Shown here in pieces: positions 56,400 through 64,000 of a DNA stretch of 64,000 nucleotides. How positions within the stretch are numbered: the stretch's first letter is position 1; every line of letters begins with the position of its first letter. The translations under genes were made by a program, and so were the position numbers. Under the pieces are notes generated by a model. The model worked only from the letters and a program-made list of their open reading frames with translations. It had not been told where the DNA came from and made no database searches. The stretch comes from Eledone cirrhosa (lineage: Eukaryota): the NCBI GenBank assembly GCA_964016885.1, contig OZ024752.1, positions 33,914,001 through 33,978,000 on the forward strand, read 5' to 3'.

Positions 56400-59300
56400 T
56401 CTAATGAAAGACACAGTCTATGTGTTTAATCCTTTCATTACTGTATGTCTAATGAAAGACACAGTCTATGTGTTTAATCCTTTCATTACTGTATGTCTAA
56501 TGAAAGACACAGTCTGTGTTTAACCCTTTCATTACTGTATGTCTAATGAAAGACACTGTCTGTGTGTTTCACCCTTTCATTACTGTATGTCTAATGAAAG
56601 ACACAGTCTATGTGTTTAACTCTTTCATTACTGTAGGTCTAATGAAAGACACTGTCTATGTGTTTAACCCTTTCATTACTGTATGTCTAATGAAAGACAC
56701 TGTCTATGTATTTAATCCTTTCATTACTGTATGTCTAATGAAAGACACTGTCTGTGTTTAACCCTTTCATTACTGTATGTCTAATGAAAGACACAGTCTA
56801 TGTGTTTAATCCTTTCATTACTGTATGTCTAATGAAAGACACAGTCTATGTGTTTAATCCTTTCATTACTGTATGTCTAATGAAAGACACAGTCTGTGTT
56901 TAACCCTTTCATTACTGTATGTCTAATGAAAGACACTGTCTGTGTGTTTAACCCTTTCATTACTGTATGTCGAATGAAAGACACAGTCTATGTGTTTAAT
57001 CCTTTCATTACTGTATGTCTAATAAAAGACACAGTCTATGTGTTTAACCGTTTCATTACTGTATGTCTAATGAAAGACACAGTCTATGTGTTTAACCCTT
57101 TCATTACTGTATGTCTTATGAAAGACAGTCTATGTTGAATCCTTTCATTACTGTATGTCTAATGAAAGACACTGTTTATGTGTTTAATCCTTTCATTACT
57201 GTATGTCTAATGAAAGACACTGTCTATGTCTTTAACCCTTTCATTACTGTATGTCTAATAAAAGGGACTGTCTATGTGTTTAACCCTTTCATTACTGTAT
57301 GTCTAATGAAAGACACTGTCTATGTGTTTAACCCTTTCATTACTGTATGTCTAATGAAAGACACTGTCTATGTATTTAATCCTTTCATTACTGTATGTCT
57401 AATGAAAGACACTGTCTATGTGTTTAACCCTTTCATTACTGTATGTCTAATGAAAGACACTGTCTATGTCTTTAACCCTTTCATTACTGTATGTCTAATG
57501 AAAGACACTGTCTGTGTTTAACCCTTTCATTACTGTATGTCTAATGAAAGACACTGTCTATGTATTTAATCCTTTCATTACTGTATGTCTAATGAAAGAC
57601 ACTGTCTATGTCTTTAACCCTTTCATTACTGTATGTCTAATGAAAGACACTGTCTGTGTTTAACCCTTTCATTACTGTATGTCTAATGAAAGACACAGTC
57701 TATGTGTTTAATCCTTTCATTACTGTATGTCTAATGAAAGACACTGTCTATGTGTTTAACCCTTTCATTACTGTATGTCTATTGAAAGACACTGTCTATG
57801 TTGAATCCTTTCATTACTGTATGTCTAATGAAAGACACTGTTTATGTGTTTAATCCTTTCATTACTGTATGTCTAATAAAAGGGACTGTCTATGTGTTTA
57901 ACCCTTTCATTACTGTATGTCTAATGAAAGACACTGTCTATGTATTTAATCCTTTCATTACTGTATGTCTAATAAAAGGGACTGTCTATGTGTTTAACCC
58001 TTTCATTACTGTATGTCTAATGAAAGACACTGTCTATGTCTTTAACCCTTTCATTACTGTATGTCTAATGAAAGACACTGTCTGTGTGTTTAATCCTTTC
58101 ATTAGTGTATGTCTAATGAAAGACACTGTCTATGTCTTTAACCCTTTCATTACTGTATGTCTAATGAAAGACACTGTCTGTGTTAAACCCTTTCATTACT
58201 GTATGTCTAATGAAAGACACTGTCTATGTGTTTAACCCTTTCATTACTGTATTTCTAATGAAAGACACTGTCTATGTGTTTAATCCTTTCATTACTGTAT
58301 GTCTAATGAAAGACACTGTCTATGTGTTTAACCCTTTCATTACTGTATATCTAATGAAAGACACTGTCTATGTGTTTAACCCTTTCATTATTGTATGTCT
58401 AATGAAAGACACTGTCTATGTGTTTAACCCTTTCATTACTGTATGTCTAATGAAAGACACTGTCTATGTGTTTTACCATTTCATTACTGTATGTCTAATG
58501 AAAGACACTGTCTATGTGTTTAACCCTTTCATTACTGTATGTCTAATGAAAGAAACTGTCTATGTCTTTAACCCTTTCATTACTGTATGTCTAATGAAAG
58601 ACACTGTCTATGTGTTTAACCCTTTCATTACTGTATGTCTAATGAAAGACACTGTCTATGTCTTTAACCCTTTATTTACTGTATTTGTAATGAAAGACAC
58701 TGTCTATGTGTTTAATCCTTTCATTACTGTATGTCTAATGAAAGACACTGTCTATGTGTTTAACCCTTTCATTACTGTATGTCTAATGAAAGAAACTGTC
58801 TATGTCTTTAACCCTTTCATTACTGTATGTCTAATGAAAGACACTGTCTATGTCTTTAACCCTTTCATTACTGTATGTCTAATGAAAGACACTGTCTATG
58901 TCTTTAACCCTTTATTTACTGTATTTGTAATGAAAGACACTGTCTATGTGTTTAATTCTTTCATTACTGTATGTCTATTGAAAGACACTGTCTATGTTTA
59001 ATACTTTCATTACTGTATGTCTAATGAAAGACACTGTTTATGTGTTTAATCCTTTCATTACTGTATGTCTAATGAAAGACACTGTTTATGTGTTTATTCC
59101 TTTCATTACTGTATGTCTAATAAAAGGGACTGTCTATGTGTTTAACTCTTTCATTACTGTAGGTCTAATGAAAGACACTGTCTATGTGTTTAACCCTTTC
59201 ATTACTGTATGTCTAATGAAAGACACTGTCTATGTATTTAATCCTTTCATTACTGTATGTCTAATGAAAGACACTGTCTATGTGTTTAGCCCTTTCATTA

Positions 59301-62300
59301 CTGTATGTCTAATGAAAGACACTGTCTATGTATTTAATCCTTTCATTACTGTAAGTCTAATGAAAGACACTGTCTGTGTTTAACCCTTTCATTACTGTAT
59401 GTCTAATGAAAGACACAGTCTATGTGTTTAATCCTTTCATTACTGTATGTCTAATGAAAGACACAGTCTATGTGTTTAATCCTTTCATTACTGTATGTCT
59501 AATGAAAGACACAGTCTGTGTTTAACCCTTTCATTACTGTATGTCTAATGAAAGACACTGTCTGTGTGTTTAACCCTTTCATTACTGTATGTCGAATGAA
59601 AGACACAGTCTATGTGTTTAATCCTTTCATTACTGTATGTCTAATAAAAGACACAGTCTATGTGTTTAACCGTTTCATTACTGTATGTCTAATGAAAGAC
59701 ACAGTCTATGTGTTTAACCCTTTCATTACTGTATGTCTTATGAAAGACACTGTCTATGTTGAATCCTTTCATTACTGTATGTCTAATGAAAGACACTGTT
59801 TATGTGTTTAATCCTTTCATTACTGTATGTCTAATGAAAGACACTGTCTATGTCTTTAACCCTTTCATTACTGTATGTCTAATAAAAGGGACTGTCTATG
59901 TGTTTAACCCTTTCATTACTGTATGTCTAATGAAAGACACTGTCTATGTGTTTAACCCTTTCATTACTGTATGTCTAATGAAAGACACTGTCTATGTATT
60001 TAATCCTTTCATTACTGTATGTCTAATGAAAGACACTGTCTATGTGTTTAACCCTTTCATTACTGTATGTCTAATGAAAGACACTGTCTATGTCTTTAAC
60101 CCTTTCATTACTGTATGTCTAATGAAAGACACTGTCTGTGTTTAACCCTTTCATTACTGTATGTCTAATGAAAGACACTGTCTATGTATTTAATCCTTTC
60201 ATTACTGTATGTCTAATGAAAGACACTGTCTATGTCTTTAACCCTTTCATTACTGTATGTCTAATGAAAGACACTGTCTGTGTTTAACCCTTTCATTACT
60301 GTATGTCTAATGAAAGACACAGTCTATGTGTTTAATCCTTTCATTACTGTATGTCTAATGAAAGACACTGTCTATGTGTTTAACCCTTTCATTACTGTAT
60401 GTCTATTGAAAGACACTGTCTATGTTGAATCCTTTCATTACTGTATGTCTAATGAAAGACACTGTTTATGTGTTTAATCCTTTCATTACTGTATGTCTAA
60501 TAAAAGGGACTGTCTATGTGTTTAACCCTTTCATTACTGTATGTCTAATGAAAGACACTGTCTATGTATTTAATCCTTTCATTACTGTATGTCTAATAAA
60601 AGGGACTGTCTATGTGTTTAACCCTTTCATTACTGTATGTCTAATGAAAGACACTGTCTATGTCTTTAACCCTTTCATTACTGTATGTCTAATGAAAGAC
60701 ACTGTCTGTGTGTTTAATCCTTTCATTAGTGTATGTCTAATGAAAGACACTGTCTATGTCTTTAACCCTTTCATTACTGTATGTCTAATGAAAGACACTG
60801 TCTGTGTTAAACCCTTTCATTACTGTATGTCTAATGAAAGACACTGTCTATGTGTTTAACCCTTTCATTACTGTATTTCTAATGAAAGACACTGTCTGTG
60901 TTAAACCCTTTCATTACTGTATGTCTAATGAAAGACACTGTCTATGTGTTTAACCCTTTCATTACTGTATGTCTAATGAAAGACACTGTCTATGTGTTTA
61001 ACCCTTTCATTACTGTATGTCTATTGAAAGACACAGTCTATGTGTTTAATCCTTTCATTACTGTATGTCTAATGAAAGACACTGTCTATGTGTTTAACCC
61101 TTTCATTACTGTATGTCTAATGAAAGCCCTTTCATTACTGTATTTCTAATGAAAGACACTGTCTATGTGTTTAATCCTTTCATTACTGTATGTCTAATGA
61201 AAGACACTGTCTATGTGTTTAACCCTTTCATTACTGTATGTCTAATGAAAGACACAGTCTATGTGTTTAATCCTTTCATTACTGTATGTCTAATGAAAGA
61301 CACAGTCTATGTGTTTAATCCTTTCATTACTGTATGTCTAATGAAAGACACAGTCTGTGTTTAACCCTTTCATTACTGTATGTCTAATGAAAGACACTGT
61401 CTGTGTGTTTCACCCTTTCATTACTGTATGTCTAATGAAAGACACAGTCTATGTGTTTAACTCTTTCATTACTGTAGGTCTAATGAAAGACACTGTCTAT
61501 GTGTTTAACCCTTTCATTACTGTATGTCTAATGAAAGACACTGTCTATGTATTTAATCCTTTCATTACTGTATGTCTAATGAAAGACACTGTCTGTGTTT
61601 AACCCTTTCATTACTGTATGTCTAATGAAAGACACAGTCTATGTGTTTAATCCTTTCATTACTGTATGTCTAATGAAAGACACAGTCTATGTGTTTAATC
61701 CTTTCATTACTGTATGTCTAATGAAAGACACAGTCTGTGTTTAACCCTTTCATTACTGTATGTCTAATGAAAGACACTGTCTGTGTGTTTAACCCTTTCA
61801 TTACTGTATGTCGAATGAAAGACACAGTCTATGTGTTTAATCCTTTCATTACTGTATGTCTAATAAAAGACACAGTCTATGTGTTTAACCGTTTCATTAC
61901 TGTATGTCTAATGAAAGACACAGTCTATGTGTTTAACCCTTTCATTACTGTATGTCTTATGAAAGACACTGTCTATGTTGAATCCTTTCATTACTGTATG
62001 TCTAATGAAAGACACTGTTTATGTGTTTAATCCTTTCATTACTGTATGTCTAATGAAAGACACTGTCTATGTCTTTAACCCTTTCATTACTGTATGTCTA
62101 ATAAAAGGGACTGTCTATGTGTTTAACCCTTTCATTACTGTATGTCTAATGAAAGACACTGTCTATGTGTTTAACCCTTTCATTACTGTATGTCTAATGA
62201 AAGACACTGTCTATGTATTTAATCCTTTCATTACTGTATGTCTAATGAAAGACACTGTCTATGTGTTTAACCCTTTCATTACTGTATGTCTAATGAAAGA

Positions 62301-64000
62301 CACTGTCTATGTCTTTAACCCTTTCATTACTGTATGTCTAATGAAAGACACTGTCTGTGTTTAACCCTTTCATTACTGTATGTCTAATGAAAGACACTGT
62401 CTATGTATTTAATCCTTTCATTACTGTATGTCTAATGAAAGACACTGTCTATGTCTTTAACCCTTTCATTACTGTATGTCTAATGAAAGACACTGTCTGT
62501 GTTTAACCCTTTCATTACTGTATGTCTAATGAAAGACACAGTCTATGTGTTTAATCCTTTCATTACTGTATGTCTAATGAAAGACACTGTCTATGTGTTT
62601 AACCCTTTCATTACTGTATGTCTATTGAAAGACACTGTCTATGTTGAATCCTTTCATTACTGTATGTCTAATGAAAGACACTGTTTATGTGTTTAATCCT
62701 TTCATTACTGTATGTCTAATAAAAGGGACTGTCTATGTGTTTAACCCTTTCATTACTGTATGTCTAATGAAAGACACTGTCTATGTATTTAATCCTTTCA
62801 TTACTGTATGTCTAATAAAAGGGACTGTCTATGTGTTTAACCCTTTCATTACTGTATGTCTAATGAAAGACACTGTCTATGTCTTTAACCCTTTCATTAC
62901 TGTATGTCTAATGAAAGACACTGTCTGTGTGTTTAATCCTTTCATTAGTGTATGTCTAATGAAAGACACTGTCTATGTCTTTAACCCTTTCATTACTGTA
63001 TGTCTAATGAAAGACACTGTCTGTGTTAAACCCTTTCATTACTGTATGTCTAATGAAAGACACTGTCTATGTGTTTAACCCTTTCATTACTGTATTTCTA
63101 ATGAAAGACACTGTCTATGTGTTTAATCCTTTCATTACTGTATGTCTAATGAAAGACACTGTCTATGTGTTTAACCCTTTCATTACTGTATATCTAATGA
63201 AAGACACTGTCTATGTGTTTAACCCTTTCATTATTGTATGTCTAATGAAAGACACTGTCTATGTGTTTAACCCTTTCATTACTGTATGTCTAATGAAAGA
63301 CACTGTCTATGTGTTTTACCATTTCATTACTGTATGTCTAATGAAAGACACTGTCTATGTGTTTAACCCTTTCATTACTGTATGTCTAATGAAAGAAACT
63401 GTCTATGTCTTTAACCCTTTCATTACTGTATGTCTAATGAAAGACACTGTCTATGTGTTTAACCCTTTCATTACTGTATGTCTAATGAAAGACACTGTCT
63501 ATGTCTTTAACCCTTTATTTACTGTATTTGTAATGAAAGACACTGTCTATGTGTTTAATCCTTTCATTACTGTATGTCTAATGAAAGACACTGTCTATGT
63601 GTTTAACCCTTTCATTACTGTATGTCTAATGAAAGAAACTGTCTATGTCTTTAACCCTTTCATTACTGTATGTCTAATGAAAGACACTGTCTATGTCTTT
63701 AACCCTTTCATTACTGTATGTCTAATGAAAGACACTGTCTATGTCTTTAACCCTTTATTTACTGTATTTGTAATGAAAGACACTGTCTATGTGTTTAATT
63801 CTTTCATTACTGTATGTCTATTGAAAGACACTGTCTATGTTTAATACTTTCATTACTGTATGTCTAATGAAAGACACTGTTTATGTGTTTAATCCTTTCA
63901 TTACTGTATGTCTAATGAAAGACACTGTTTATGTGTTTATTCCTTTCATTACTGTATGTCTAATAAAAGGGACTGTCTATGTGTTTAACTCTTTCATTAC
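56400..64000. repeat. Right-hand higher-order block, period about 4843 bp, with an internal 2624-bp repeat (boundaries approximate)
   Basis: 56516->61357 and 56896->61737 (4841); 57656->62499 and 58180->63023 (4843); 57656->60280 (2624). Private variants are TTTCACCC, CATTAGTG, GTTAAACCC and TTTATTCC. Confidence 0.85.

Larger units (their letters stand above)
1..64000. repeat. Tandem satellite array, 48-bp monomer (variants of 46, 47, 44 and 29 bp), about 1,340 copies, single orientation, truncated by both window edges
   Basis: Consensus GTCTATGTGTTTAACCCTTTCATTACTGTATGTCTAATGAAAGACACT (e.g. 97-144) recurs throughout, usually with 0-4 differences per copy. The ORF track shows the same 16-aa period everywhere and only on the + strand. 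Copy number is estimated as 64000 divided by about 47.5. Confidence 0.99.

Noticed and set aside
339-63844. About 140 ORFs of 65-579 aa encoding (MKDTVYVFNPFITVCL)n
   Set aside because: They follow from a monomer length divisible by 3 with one stop-free frame. Starts and ends are set by 2-bp and 19-bp deletions, and there are no unique domains. Not annotated as CDS; the residual synonymous-bias signal is listed as a finding.
1-64000. CRISPR array (palindromic 27-bp repeat plus about 21-bp linker)
   Set aside because: The linkers are near-identical rather than unique spacers, and there is no leader or cas gene in the window.
1-64000. Hidden unique insert, inversion or transposon within the array
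   Set aside because: None was found on reading. The + strand register is continuous and the ORF track has no minus-strand or non-repeat ORF. A very short insert could have been missed by eye.

Overview
The whole 64 kb window is one uninterrupted, head-to-tail, single-orientation satellite array of about 1,340 copies of a 48-bp AT-rich monomer. The consensus is GTCTATGTGTTTAACCCTTTCATTACTGTATGTCTAATGAAAGACACT (16/48 G+C, no CpG), and the array runs off both window edges. I saw no unique sequence, genuine gene, RNA gene, CRISPR spacer or inserted transposon. All listed ORFs are translations of the single stop-free frame of the 48-mer. The scale and organisation suggest eukaryotic satellite or heterochromatic DNA, but the taxon cannot be determined from the sequence. 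The informative structure is internal: (1) each monomer holds a length-invariant 9-9-9 inverted repeat (CTTTCATTA-N9-TAATGAAAG) just after a piggyBac-end-like TTAA|CCCTTT; (2) a recurrent precise 19-bp deletion fuses the arms into a near-perfect 20-bp palindrome; (3) the commonest substitutions are synonymous in the open frame; (4) diagnostic variants reveal nested duplications of 142 bp, 240 bp, 712 bp, 2.8/3.5 kb, 4.8 kb, 6.2 kb and 9.3-9.8 kb, forming regional subfamilies. I cannot support a claim of a new gene system. The functional ideas below are hypotheses.
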